From a virus (lineage: Duplodnaviria > Caudoviricetes): a stretch of DNA of 64,000 nucleotides. Within the stretch, counting starts at the first letter, position 1, and the number at the start of each line of letters is the position of its first letter. The DNA is taken from positions 1 to 64,000 of IMG/VR virus record IMGVR_UViG_3300021401_000005. The stretch is one strand, 5' to 3'. Shown in pieces: positions 45,692 through 54,930 of this stretch. Both the position numbers and the translations under genes were made by a program. The notes beneath the pieces are model-generated. The model was not told the DNA's origin. It did no database searches and was given only the letters and a program-made list of their open reading frames with translations.

Positions 45692-46348
45692 ATGCACAAG
45701 CTTCTTTTGTCCGCCGCGATGCTCGCTGCGATCGGCGTTTCGCCCGCTCATGCGACGCTGCAAATCGAGATCTTCGATAATGGGACGCTGATCGACAACG
45801 TCACGGGAATCACCACGGGCGCGGCGAGCCTCACCACCAACGACGCCAACTTCGCCAACATCACCATCAACGCGCAGGGCTCACCCATCCTGCCCAATGC
45901 GGACCTGTCCAGCGTCACGCTCGACGCCACCGCTTCGGCCGGCTTCACGGGCTCGCACGAACTGACGTTTGACGTCATTCAAAGCGCCGTGGCTGGGACC
46001 GGGAACACGCAATCGACCTTCACGGTCAACGGGCTGGTCAACGATCCCGGCCCGACAACCGAGCGCACGTTCGCAGATGGCGTGCTGCTCGCCTCGCACA
46101 CGTTCCCTGTCGGGCTGCTTGACGGCTCTTTTGGCCCGGTCTCGGCAGCGACTGGTGCATTCACCGAGGATGAAATCCAATTCGCCGTCGACTTCACGGC
46201 AGCGAGGCAATCGTTCGGCGGTTCGGCCCAGCTAACGACTAGCATTCCAGAGACGAAGACCTGGGCGATGATGCTGCTCGGCTTCGGCCTGATGGCGTTC
46301 CTTGGTGTCAGGAAGTCCCGCAAGGACAGGTTGGCCGCATTCGCATAG
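45692..46348 (+). CDS. secreted PEP-CTERM (PEPxxWA-type) sorting-domain protein
   Basis: Signal peptide ending PAHA; C-terminal IPETKTWAMMLLGFGLMAFLGVRKSRK. Confidence 0.85.
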   Translation: MHKLLLSAAMLAAIGVSPAHATLQIEIFDNGTLIDNVTGITTGAASLTTNDANFANITINAQGSPILPNADLSSVTLDATASAGFTGSHELTFDVIQSAVAGTGNTQSTFTVNGLVNDPGPTTERTFADGVLLASHTFPVGLLDGSFGPVSAATGAFTEDEIQFAVDFTAARQSFGGSAQLTTSIPETKTWAMMLLGFGLMAFLGVRKSRKDRLAAFA

Positions 46349-46459
46349 GGGCGGGCGTAGGGCTGGGGCTTTTTCAACGAAATTTATCAATTCCGGACGC
46401 TCTATTTGCGTCCGGATTCCGGGGCGACGGCTTCGCCCATTAAAGGCATGGGTGACACT

Positions 46460-46747
46460 ATGAAGCGCATTCTTCTGGCAACGGTTGCATTGTTTGCTCT
46501 CGCGGATGTGGCTTACGCCGCTTCGGCTGCGGTCGGCGCGGCCACGTCCACGTCCAGCGTGGTCACGGTCGGGCGCGGTGCTGGTTCGGCCAGCAATGCC
46601 TCGGCCGGTCTTGGCGTTGGCGTTTCCCGCCCCGGCGTTACGGTCGGCTTCGGCGCCGCGACCACCAACTCGGCAGGCGCGAGCGTTGGCCATGCGGCCA
46701 CCTTCACCACCGGCTCGGCGTTTGGCGCAGGCGCGGGCGTTCACTAA
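46460..46747 (+). CDS. small secreted Ala/Gly/Ser/Thr-rich protein
   Basis: Signal peptide MKRILLATVALFALADVAYA. Confidence 0.65.
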   Translation: MKRILLATVALFALADVAYAASAAVGAATSTSSVVTVGRGAGSASNASAGLGVGVSRPGVTVGFGAATTNSAGASVGHAATFTTGSAFGAGAGVH

Positions 46748-46760
46748 GCCGTCGTCAAAC

Positions 46761-46797
46761 AGCCCCCGCTCCCAAGACCGGGCGGGGGCTTTCTTCT
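46761..46797 (+). terminator. probable intrinsic terminator
   Basis: AGCCCCCGC..GCGGGGGCT followed by TTCTTCT. Confidence 0.5.
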
Positions 46798-46817
46798 CTC
46801 TCATGGAGGGCGATGTG

Positions 46818-47180
46818 ATGAAGCGATACGCACTTTTATTTCTGGGCATGACGCTGGCCGCGTCAGCCGCCACTGCCGGGTCAGTCAGTCTGCCTAAGCC
46901 TGGAGCGGCGCCGACTGCGGCAGGCCAGGGCGTCACCACCAATATCGGCGGCGGCACGGCAGTTGGCCATACGCCGACGATCTCGATCTCGACCTCGGCT
47001 GGCGCAGGAGCGAATCCAACGGCAAGCGCCTTTGGCAATTCGGCGGCGAGCAACCCAGGCAACGGCACGTCGCGGGCGGGCGCAGTGGCGCTGACCTCGG
47101 CGTCTGGCACGGGCGCAGGCGGCGCAGCCGCAGCGGTCGGCGCTGGCAATGTCAGCAATGGAGCGACGACCACGCACTGA
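46818..47180 (+). CDS. small secreted Ala/Gly/Ser/Thr-rich protein
   Basis: RBS GGAGG; signal peptide MKRYALLFLGMTLAASAATA. Confidence 0.65.
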   Translation: MKRYALLFLGMTLAASAATAGSVSLPKPGAAPTAAGQGVTTNIGGGTAVGHTPTISISTSAGAGANPTASAFGNSAASNPGNGTSRAGAVALTSASGTGAGGAAAAVGAGNVSNGATTTH

Positions 47181-47190
47181 GGAGGGAGCG

Positions 47191-47559
47191 ATGAAACGAT
47201 TGGGAATTGCGCTGGGCGCTGTCGCTCTGGCTAGCGCCGCTTACGCGCAGGACATCACCCGCGTCTTGCCCAACGGCTCGACGCTGACCATCGACAAGTC
47301 GCCGGGGACGATCACCGTGTCGAAGCAAGGCGTGTCGAATAGTGGCCGGGAGGTGTCGTGGTCGCGCACCAGAACCGACGCTGGCACGGTGTCGGCCAGC
47401 TCCACCGCATCAGCGACCGGCACGCACTTCGCTTATGCGAAGGCCACTGCCAGCACGTCGGAGAGGGTGACGCCGAGTGGTAAGGATATCGGCATTGCCA
47501 AAGCCCGCGCAGTGGCGATTGGCAATCTCACCACTTCAACTTCGGCGGTCACCAAGTAG
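47191..47559 (+). CDS. small secreted protein
   Basis: RBS GAGGAGG; signal peptide MKRLGIALGAVALASAAYA. Confidence 0.7.
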   Translation: MKRLGIALGAVALASAAYAQDITRVLPNGSTLTIDKSPGTITVSKQGVSNSGREVSWSRTRTDAGTVSASSTASATGTHFAYAKATASTSERVTPSGKDIGIAKARAVAIGNLTTSTSAVTK

Positions 47560-47580
47560 GCTGGTTCACGGGGATGAGCC

Positions 47581-48336
47581 ATGCGCAAAGCCGTCCAGTA
47601 TCCCTTGGCATTCGGCGCGCCGATGCTGGGGATGCTGCTGCTCATCGATACGGTTGCTGAACCAGAATCGCTCGTCCGTCGCGCGCGGCAGATGGCCGAC
47701 GACCTTGCATCGGCCGTCACCAAGGTAATCACCAAAGCCAGCTATCCCCACATGCCGTGGCCGCCCGCCGTGGTCGCCAAACTCAAGCCAATCGATCCTG
47801 ACGACGTTCAAAAGAACGACAAGCACTTATTTTGGCGCACGGTGTACGACACCAACGAAATCCATCGCGTTGAGGCCGATCCGCCGCCAGCAATGAATTT
47901 CAACACTTCGGTGGCTCAGCCGCCGTTGCCGCCAACGGTTACTTTCAACGATGGCGGCTCTTCGTCGGGCGGCGGCGCGACCGACTCGACCACGCCTTGC
48001 ATGACGGCGATGGTCGGTGGCGTCTGCCCCGTGCCATGCTCATCGAATGATATTTCTCTGTTGTGCGAGGAAAAGAAGGTGGACACCGCCGCTGCCGATC
48101 TCTCCCCGGCCTTGCAGAAGCTGCTTGGCTTTGATGATCCCGGCGCCCCAGTGATCGGCGATCCGCCGCATGTCGGCGGCATTGGCGGCTTCGCAGGGGG
48201 TGGCGGCGGCGGCGCAGGCGGCGCAGGCACCATCCCCGAGCCGTCCACATGGGTGATGCTGATCTTTGGCTTTGGGCTGATGGCATGGATGAGTCGACGC
48301 TCCATCGCGCGGCGGGCTTCTTCGTCAATGGACTGA
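47581..48336 (+). CDS. PEP-CTERM sorting-domain protein
   Basis: C-terminal IPEPSTWVMLIFGFGLMAWMSRRS. Confidence 0.8.
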   Translation: MRKAVQYPLAFGAPMLGMLLLIDTVAEPESLVRRARQMADDLASAVTKVITKASYPHMPWPPAVVAKLKPIDPDDVQKNDKHLFWRTVYDTNEIHRVEADPPPAMNFNTSVAQPPLPPTVTFNDGGSSSGGGATDSTTPCMTAMVGGVCPVPCSSNDISLLCEEKKVDTAAADLSPALQKLLGFDDPGAPVIGDPPHVGGIGGFAGGGGGGAGGAGTIPEPSTWVMLIFGFGLMAWMSRRSIARRASSSMD

Positions 48337-48550
48337 TCGCGCTCGCGCTCAGCATGCTGATCTGGAGATTGACCGGCAACGTCCTGGGCTGGGCAGTCCT
48401 GTTCGGCCCAGGCGCCGCGCTCGTGATCCGGGGCATTGCCTTGCTGGTTCTCTGATCGTTCTCGAAGAACGAATCGCGAATGGGGACAACCGTCATCGGT
48501 CTATGGCATAAGCATGTCGGGCTAGCCGTTCGGCAGTGGGAGAATCCCCC

Positions 48551-49222
48551 ATGCCGTATGATCGTAAGCACTTCTTCGACACGGTCCGAAAGGATCTCTT
48601 TCGCGGCAACCTGACCCAGTCTCAGGTCGACGGGATGAACTATCTCCTCGAAGTGTGGGAGCTGCATTTCGAGGCGGCCAATCCGCGCGACGGCACCAAC
48701 TGGCTGGCCTACGCCCTGGCGACTTTCTTTCACGAAACCGCTGAGACGATGCAGCCGATCGAGGAATACGGCAAAGGCTCCGGCAAGAGCTACGGCCAGC
48801 CGGCGGGGCCGCATGGCCAGCGATATTACGGGCGCGGCCACGTCCAGCTCACCTGGGAAGAAAATTACAAAAACGGCCAGAAATTCCTCAAAGACCGCTA
48901 CAACGTCCACGCCAACATCCACCCTGAAGCGCATCTGATGCTGCACCCGCAGACGTCAGCCCTGGTCAGTTATGACGGGATGATTCATGGCTGGTTCACG
49001 GGAGTCGGGTTGCCCAAATACTTCAATGCGACGGTCGAGGACCCGCGCAACGCGCGCCGGATCGTCAACGGCACCGACAAGATGGACCTCATCGCTGGCT
49101 ACTATTCCAAGTTCAAGAAGGCGCTGAAACAGGTGCCTGCGGCGCCGCCGCTAGAAGAGGCTGAGCTGCCTGGGCTTCCCGAGTGCCCGTGCATGCCCGA
49201 GCCGACAGCGACGACCTCCTAA
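48551..49222 (+). CDS. endolysin, glycoside hydrolase family 19
   Basis: AYALATFFHET..PIEEYG..YYGRGHVQLTWEENY..ARRIVNGTD. Confidence 0.88.
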   Translation: MPYDRKHFFDTVRKDLFRGNLTQSQVDGMNYLLEVWELHFEAANPRDGTNWLAYALATFFHETAETMQPIEEYGKGSGKSYGQPAGPHGQRYYGRGHVQLTWEENYKNGQKFLKDRYNVHANIHPEAHLMLHPQTSALVSYDGMIHGWFTGVGLPKYFNATVEDPRNARRIVNGTDKMDLIAGYYSKFKKALKQVPAAPPLEEAELPGLPECPCMPEPTATTS

Positions 49223-49228
49223 AATGAG

Positions 49229-49450
49229 ATGGCGCATGTCAGCGGCATCATCGCGATCTGCGGCGCGCTGGCGATCCTTGGGGTTTTTGCGGCGATGGAC
49301 TTCTATGCGGTGCGCCAATGCTTCTCGCTAGCGCACAGCGGGATCGCCCAGACCGAGCTGTGCGCGCCGGAGCACATCTTCCGGACCGCGCTAGAAATCG
49401 GGGGGATGGCGATCGGCATGTACGGCGTCGCCCGCGTGATGAAGTCGTGA
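49229..49450 (+). CDS. putative holin / membrane protein
   Basis: Two hydrophobic segments, directly after the endolysin. Confidence 0.5.
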   Translation: MAHVSGIIAICGALAILGVFAAMDFYAVRQCFSLAHSGIAQTELCAPEHIFRTALEIGGMAIGMYGVARVMKS

Positions 49451-49755
49451 GCCCTGGCGATCTGATCAACGCGCCGCCGTCGCCCAAAGTTCTCGATTAT
49501 CCAGGCGCCATGGGGATCGGGATCGGCATCGTATTCACGGCGGCCTTGCTGTTCGTCGCCGGCAAGTTCGATCCGACCCACGGCACGCTGACGATCTCGA
49601 TCTTGGTGACGGTTTCGTTTTTCGCGGTCGTCGCAGTGTGCCTGTTCTATACAATCCCCGTGGACGAAGCGACGTCGATGGTCATCGGCGCGCTGGTCGC
49701 AGCGTTCGGCGCCGTGGTGGCGCATTGGCTTGGTCGCCCGAGGGATAAGCCATGA
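49447..49755 (+). CDS. putative holin (3 TM)
   Basis: Three TM helices ending GALVAAFGAVVAHWLG; GTG start inferred. Confidence 0.6.
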   Translation: MSPGDLINAPPSPKVLDYPGAMGIGIGIVFTAALLFVAGKFDPTHGTLTISILVTVSFFAVVAVCLFYTIPVDEATSMVIGALVAAFGAVVAHWLGRPRDKP

Positions 49756-49934
49756 GCCTGGGAACCCTCCTCCTCATCATCCTGATCATCATCCTGATTG
49801 GAGGCGTCGGCCCGCGCTTCTACTCCGGCGCACCCTGGCAACCGGGCTACGGCTTTGGCAACGGCGGCATCAGCCTGATCGGCATCCTGCTGATCATCGT
49901 CGTCGTCTTGCTGCTGACAGGCAGGCTAGGCTAG
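49752..49934 (+). CDS. DUF3309-like small membrane protein
   Basis: MSLGTLLLIILIIILIGG..GYG..GILLIIVVVLLLTGRL. Confidence 0.75.
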   Translation: MSLGTLLLIILIIILIGGVGPRFYSGAPWQPGYGFGNGGISLIGILLIIVVVLLLTGRLG

Positions 49935-50168
49935 TTTCGATCCACGCCCCTCTGCGGGGCGACTCGGTTTTAAAAGAGGGAGACCGCGCTTCCGTAGGAG
50001 GTAAAAATCTATTGAAGGCGGTCTCCCGAAGTGCCCCCAGGCGAGGCGGCGCCGGGGGCAAAGCCGGGTTGTGGGACCCGGCTCAATTCGCGTGTAACGC
50101 AAATTTGAACAATTTGCACGTTCTGTTTTAGCGCTAGGCCTGGGAAAAATTACCTAACCGCGTTGAGA

Positions 50169-50310
50169 AGGAGGGGCGGGTTAGGTGCCCGCCCCTCCTA
50201 AATGCACGGCCTGCCACGCCTGCCGTGCCTTGCCGAGCGACGCCGCGCCTAACCGCGCCATGCCGCGCCGAGCCCAGCTCTGCCATGCCTGCCACAGCTT
50301 ATGCCTTACC
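50169..50310 (-). ncRNA. orphan GGC-NN unit with 3' hairpin at the end of the early operon
   Basis: Minus strand: starts at the stop of 50306-50671, 13 in-register pentamers flanked by GGCA tetramers, then the 12-bp stem AGGAGGGGCGGG/CCCGCCCCTCCT (50169-50199). Confidence 0.7.
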
Positions 50311-50671
50311 CTTCAAGCGAAATCAACATGTCCGCGATGCTGTAGGCCGTGTCCGCGTCCTTCGTCGACCAGTCGCTGATCGGGCTCTCGCCCCGCCGAT
50401 GGATCGCCAGCGCGACCATGAGAATGGCATCTCGCCGCGCCTCGGAGCGCTTCTTGGCATTGCCGTTGGCGGCGGCGGCGATGCCGTGGTCTGCGTCGCC
50501 CAGGATCTCCTTTTCGCTTGGCGGGATGGCGCCGAGCATGCGCTTGAAGGCGGGGATCTCGCGCGTGGGCTCGCGCGTCGGGGTTGCGGGGATGCCGACG
50601 CCGGCGCCGGCGCGAACCTCGGCTTGTCCTTCGATGGTGGGTCGCCACGTCTGGTTCAACTCGTCACTCAT
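50306..50671 (-). CDS. hypothetical protein
   Basis: RBS AAGGAG; ATGA coupling. Confidence 0.6.
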   Translation of the reverse strand: MSDELNQTWRPTIEGQAEVRAGAGVGIPATPTREPTREIPAFKRMLGAIPPSEKEILGDADHGIAAAANGNAKKRSEARRDAILMVALAIHRRGESPISDWSTKDADTAYSIADMLISLEG

Positions 50672-50943
50672 TTCAGTTGCTCCTTTAGCTTGTTGAGGCC
50701 CCTGGCCCGGTCAGGGTCTTCGGCGGGCGGCTCGTCATCGAGCTTCCAAGTCGGCGGCAGCTTGACGATCTCGACCTTCCAGTCGTGGTCTTGCTCCTCG
50801 GCCCGATGGACGAGGGGCTGCGGCGCATAGGCGGTGAAGCAGCGTTGCGGAAAAGGGTAGTGCCAGATGCTGTGCATGCGACATGCGGCGGCCGGGTCCG
50901 TCGCCAGTGTGATGGCGATCACAGCCAGGGCCGCGCGCCTCAT
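50668..50943 (-). CDS. small secreted hypothetical protein
   Basis: MRRAALAVIAITLATDPAAA-CRMHSIWHYPFPQRC. Confidence 0.55.
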   Translation of the reverse strand: MRRAALAVIAITLATDPAAACRMHSIWHYPFPQRCFTAYAPQPLVHRAEEQDHDWKVEIVKLPPTWKLDDEPPAEDPDRARGLNKLKEQLK

Positions 50944-51485
50944 GCTCCACCTAGAGCTTGGAGAACCTGGGCGAACGAATGGTTTCCCTCTTGCACATTG
51001 CCGTGCGTCTTCTCCAGCCACTCGCCATTGTCCATCATGTACGGCGGAACCAGCACCATCCCGTTCTCGTTGTCGAAGCGGACGAGGCCGACGAATCCCG
51101 TGCGCCGGATCAGCCACGCCCGCAGCGCGGGATCGCGATGGGCGTCAGGAAATTTCGGGTCAACCCAGATCTGGACGGCGGGGATTTTGATCTCGCCGAG
51201 CTTGGGGTCCTGTGCCGTGACGAAGTCGGGCATGATATCAATTACACAATGACTGCGGTCAGGGCGGCTCAGATCGCCCGTGTCTTCGCCTTGCAGCCAA
51301 ATGCAATTCCATAGGCCGCACTCCCACGGGAACCCTTTCTCGGGCTTGTGGTAGACCTGACAGCCTGAGTGGCGTTGGAATTTGCAGCGCGTGTTCGCTG
51401 GCTTGTTGAGGCCCTTCACGGGCAAGAGCTTGCAACATAAGTTGCAGTCACCGCACTCACGCCTCTGACGCGAGACAATTTTCAT
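50940..51485 (-). CDS. CxxCxxCC (YkgJ-like) metal-binding protein
   Basis: RECGDCNLCCK..C..GCQVY..ECGLWNCIWL..RPDR. Confidence 0.75.
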   Translation of the reverse strand: MKIVSRQRRECGDCNLCCKLLPVKGLNKPANTRCKFQRHSGCQVYHKPEKGFPWECGLWNCIWLQGEDTGDLSRPDRSHCVIDIMPDFVTAQDPKLGEIKIPAVQIWVDPKFPDAHRDPALRAWLIRRTGFVGLVRFDNENGMVLVPPYMMDNGEWLEKTHGNVQEGNHSFAQVLQALGGA

Positions 51486-51526
51486 CGACTCATTCCTTGT
51501 TGGGGGCTAGGCGCGCCCCCGTTAGC

Positions 51527-52081
51527 TCACTCGCTGATGTCGCCGAGCATGACGCCGCGAAAGGCGTCGTGGCGCGCGGGGACGCAATTGCAGAAGTCGA
51601 GCATCGGCGTGATCTGCTGAGCCTGCATCCTAGCCTGCGCCGCCTGCGCCGCCTCCGCCCCCGCCTGCGCCGCCTGCGAGTTCAGCGCGTTCATCAATCG
51701 CCGCTGCGTCGTCTCATCCATCTGTCTGGCGACCAGAGGCCTACCCACGCCCACCGTCAGAGGCCCGCCGGCCCCGCCGCCCGTGACCATGATCTGCGGC
51801 GGCATTTCGGTGATGTACCGCCGCGCCAAGAGATCGCGCTCCAGGCGATGGCGCATCTCCTGCGCATGAATCTGGGCTTGAAGCCGCCTGTTCTCGTCGA
51901 GCAACTCATCGACCCGGCGTTCCTCGTCGAGTAGCTCATCGACCCGGCGTTCCAGCGCATCGATCCTCGCATCGTACTCGGCGAGACTGAGCGTCGGCTC
52001 TGGCTCTGGGTCCGGTCTCGGCCCCTCAAACCGGGCGAGTATCGCGGTCGAAACGAACGCGAGCATGTCTGTGAGTGTCAT
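51527..52081 (-). CDS. coiled-coil hypothetical protein
   Basis: Internal 30-bp tandem duplication encoding ERRVDELLDE twice. Confidence 0.6.
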   Translation of the reverse strand: MTLTDMLAFVSTAILARFEGPRPDPEPEPTLSLAEYDARIDALERRVDELLDEERRVDELLDENRRLQAQIHAQEMRHRLERDLLARRYITEMPPQIMVTGGGAGGPLTVGVGRPLVARQMDETTQRRLMNALNSQAAQAGAEAAQAAQARMQAQQITPMLDFCNCVPARHDAFRGVMLGDISE

Positions 52082-52338
52082 TAGGCCTCTCCCTCTTCAA
52101 ACAGATCCATCGTCTGCGGGACGACGAACTTCGACTTCACGCCTAGCGCATCGAACTCGTTCCATTCCAGGCGCATGAAGGCATCTCCGGCAGGCTCGCC
52201 TCGCGCCTTGGGGATCGTGCAATAGGCCCGAATCCCCCAGCTCTTCACCGTATTGACCACGAGGATACAGCGGAACCAGTGCGCCGGTCCGTCCTCGTTA
52301 ACTTGAATCAGGTCACCTTCCGAAACCTCTTTGCGCAT
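52081..52338 (-). CDS. small SH3-like hypothetical protein
   Basis: GDLIQV..CILVVNTVKSWGIRAY. Confidence 0.6.
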   Translation of the reverse strand: MRKEVSEGDLIQVNEDGPAHWFRCILVVNTVKSWGIRAYCTIPKARGEPAGDAFMRLEWNEFDALGVKSKFVVPQTMDLFEEGEA

Positions 52339-52558
52339 TGGGCGCGTCCTTCAGCTGTCGTTCCTCCAGCGCGTCGAGCCGCGCTATCAGCCATCCAATC
52401 TCCCGGCGATATTCCCGGATCGCGTTCAGCGTTAGGGTGACGTTCTTCTTCGTCTTGAGCGCGTACCAAGCGCCGAGCCCTACGGCGATCAGGATCACGA
52501 TCTGCATCACGGCAGTGGCGAGTTGGAGCCACGCGATCATTGGATCGACTCGATCCAT
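52313..52558 (-). CDS. small membrane protein
   Basis: One TM helix plus a coiled segment. Confidence 0.45.
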   Translation of the reverse strand: MDRVDPMIAWLQLATAVMQIVILIAVGLGAWYALKTKKNVTLTLNAIREYRREIGWLIARLDALEERQLKDAPNAQRGFGR

Positions 52559-52749
52559 CGGATGACCGCAGGCGAATCATCGCTCATGGCGTGCATTGTA
52601 CCGGCCAAGATCTGAGCGTGGTGGACCTTCATGTCCTGCCGGCGGTTGACCTCGATGCCGATCAGGCTGACCGCGTGCTGGAGATCCCCGGCGCGCGCCA
52701 GCTCCAAGGCGCGCCTCTTCAGATCGGCGAGCCACTCCTCCTTGGTCAC
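52537..52749 (-). CDS. hypothetical protein
   Basis: GTG start coupled to the RecT stop; KRRALELARAGDLQHAV..RWIES. Confidence 0.55.
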   Translation of the reverse strand: MTKEEWLADLKRRALELARAGDLQHAVSLIGIEVNRRQDMKVHHAQILAGTMHAMSDDSPAVIRWIESIQ

Positions 52750-53993
52750 CGCGCGCCCACCTTGTCGGCGACGTTGCGCCATGCCTTGAGCTGGGCCAGG
52801 GAGATCCGCGCCATTTCATCTGGGGGTAATTCGTTTACCCAGCGCTCCAGCTCGGGACGGCCTTTCTTGGCCATGTCCGCGCCGCGCTCTTCGACCGGCG
52901 GCGTCAGCAGAAGATCGGGGGCGGAACCACCGGGAGCCGGCGCGGGGGTTTGCGATGCTCCCGGTGGCGCCTGTGAGCCGGGAGAGTGGCGCCCTTCCGG
53001 CTCTGGCGGCGCGCGGTGCGAAGGCGCGCCATCCGGGGCGGGGGGGATCTCCGCCCTGGATTCGAGAGGTTGCGCGGCCCCCTCGTCTCCGGCGCCTACT
53101 CCGGAGATGTCATGGGGGGCCGCGCGTTCCTGCGACAGGGGAGTCGACACCCGGTCAGCAGAACCAAATTCACCAGTCTCGGGATCGACTCCGACGAGAA
53201 GCTCTAGGCGGTCATCGAGTACGCTCGGCGCTTGAATACGGTCGGCGCGATCTCGCTCGACATTATATAGCTCATCGTCGCGCGATAACAAACCCATGAT
53301 GTCGCTGGACATCGGCAATTGCTTGGCGTGCCTCCTCGCGATCGTCTTTTTCGCCATCTCGTCGAAGCTCTTGCGCCACGCGGGCGAGAACTCGCCCTTG
53401 CGGTTCTTCCGCGCATACGTGTCGCGCACCAGCTCGACCTCGGCGCGCGTCATGACGTCCCGGCTTTTGTCGCCGCCTCTGATTTTGGCGACCGAATAGA
53501 CGTGGGTCAGGAGCCCGTGGTCGAGATGCCGGCGCAGGCGCTTGTTGTAATCCTCGTCGGTTTCGCCGTCGGCGCGCACCAGCTCCGGCGCCATGTAGGG
53601 CTTGTGCTTGATGAACGGATCATCGCCCAGCTCGTAGTCGAAGAAGTCTTTGGCGTGGACCGCCGTAACGTCCCAGCTGGTCACCTCGCCAGAGCGGCGG
53701 ACCTTCTTCCGGACGCCCGCCACCATTGGCATCCATGTCACTTGGCCGTCGAAGGGCACGAGCGCGCCGTCGTGGCCGTCAGGCAGGAGCCCATCGCTCG
53801 CCGCCTTCATGGCCGCGTTCATCAGGCTGCGCCGATTGCAGTTGAGCAGATTGGGGTCGAGGTTGATCGCCGTCATGATGACGCGGACGAACTTCTTGGG
53901 ATCGACGCCAGACCCGGTTAGCGCCGCCTCGAACTGGGTCATCCGCTGGCCCAGCTCCTGCGGGATCGTAAGCTCCTTAGACTCCGCCATCAT
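52746..53993 (-). CDS. recT: RecT-family single-strand annealing protein
   Basis: SLMNAAMKAASDGLLPDG..ALVPF..FDYELG..VYSVA..MTRAEV..SPAWRKSFDEMAKKTIARR. Confidence 0.9.
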   Translation of the reverse strand: MMAESKELTIPQELGQRMTQFEAALTGSGVDPKKFVRVIMTAINLDPNLLNCNRRSLMNAAMKAASDGLLPDGHDGALVPFDGQVTWMPMVAGVRKKVRRSGEVTSWDVTAVHAKDFFDYELGDDPFIKHKPYMAPELVRADGETDEDYNKRLRRHLDHGLLTHVYSVAKIRGGDKSRDVMTRAEVELVRDTYARKNRKGEFSPAWRKSFDEMAKKTIARRHAKQLPMSSDIMGLLSRDDELYNVERDRADRIQAPSVLDDRLELLVGVDPETGEFGSADRVSTPLSQERAAPHDISGVGAGDEGAAQPLESRAEIPPAPDGAPSHRAPPEPEGRHSPGSQAPPGASQTPAPAPGGSAPDLLLTPPVEERGADMAKKGRPELERWVNELPPDEMARISLAQLKAWRNVADKVGAR

Positions 53994-54930
53994 CGACTCC
54001 CTTGACCGAAACTTGCGGGTATTGCGTCGCCTTCACGGTATATGATTTCTTCTTCACAACCTTCACCGTCACCACGCGCGAACCGCAGCGCGCGCCAGGA
54101 GCGTTGGCCAGCTTGGTCATGATTCGCGCGTCGAGGATCTTGCGCTGATCCGTCGCGTCGGCACCCGCCTTCTCAACTTGCTTGAGCTGCGCTCTGTCGT
54201 TCAGGATCTCGCGGAACTCGACGTCGGGCGTGAGATCGATGATCGGCCCGGTGCCCTCCTCGTAGAGATCGAAGACCACCTTGCGGTCGCGGCCGAAGTC
54301 CGGATCGTAGGGGTCTCCCTCGGCCACCCGGCGCCATAGCTCGCCGGTCAGATCCTCGATCTTGTGGATAAGGTGCGGCTTGAGCGGGATGTCGATGTAG
54401 ACGACCTCGATGCCGCCATCGCCCAGCTTCATCGCGGCCACGCCGGCCCAGCTGGCGCCGGTCAGATAGGCTTCAATCGAGGCCTGGACGGCCACCCAGG
54501 TGGGCACCGCAATGTTGCCGTGCTCGTCATGCCAGCGGCGCTTGAAGGCGAACTGGCCGACGGTTTTGATCTGCACGATGCCAGCACCCCCATAGGCGGC
54601 GTCCTCTGGCCGGACCGCCCTAGCGTCCGGCGTGCAGCCGATCCGGGTCTCGTCGTCCCAGAAATAGTGGTCGCTCTTGTCGAGCTTCCAGCTCGGATAA
54701 TCCTCGCGCAGGATGTCGACGACGACCGGCTCGAACCGGCGCCCGCGCCGCAGCGTCGGGTTGTCTTCCTCATCGGGGAGCTTGCCGCTCTTCGCCGCCC
54801 AGAGCTTAAATGGAGTCCAGTACGGGTGAATATCGGGGCCAAATAGGCCCGCCGCTTCCGACGCATTCACATTGCTGCGGCGCCTCGCTAACCATTGCTC
54901 GCGAGAGGTTATGGGCCAGCTGTGAATCAT
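53977..54930 (-). CDS. YqaJ/lambda-exonuclease family recombination nuclease
   Basis: WLARRRSNVNASEAAGL..RGRRFEP..GCTPDA..VQIKT; adjacent to recT. Confidence 0.88.
   Translation of the reverse strand: MIHSWPITSREQWLARRRSNVNASEAAGLFGPDIHPYWTPFKLWAAKSGKLPDEEDNPTLRRGRRFEPVVVDILREDYPSWKLDKSDHYFWDDETRIGCTPDARAVRPEDAAYGGAGIVQIKTVGQFAFKRRWHDEHGNIAVPTWVAVQASIEAYLTGASWAGVAAMKLGDGGIEVVYIDIPLKPHLIHKIEDLTGELWRRVAEGDPYDPDFGRDRKVVFDLYEEGTGPIIDLTPDVEFREILNDRAQLKQVEKAGADATDQRKILDARIMTKLANAPGARCGSRVVTVKVVKKKSYTVKATQYPQVSVKGVDDGGV

Noticed and set aside
49978-50027. GGGAGACCGC/GCGGTCTCCC inverted repeat as a structured ncRNA
   Set aside because: Most simply a terminator-type stem between convergent operons; no further support
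51431-51446. TGCAAC-ATAA-GTTGCA palindrome resembling the operator
   Set aside because: Wrong spacing and lies in the codons for CNLCCK
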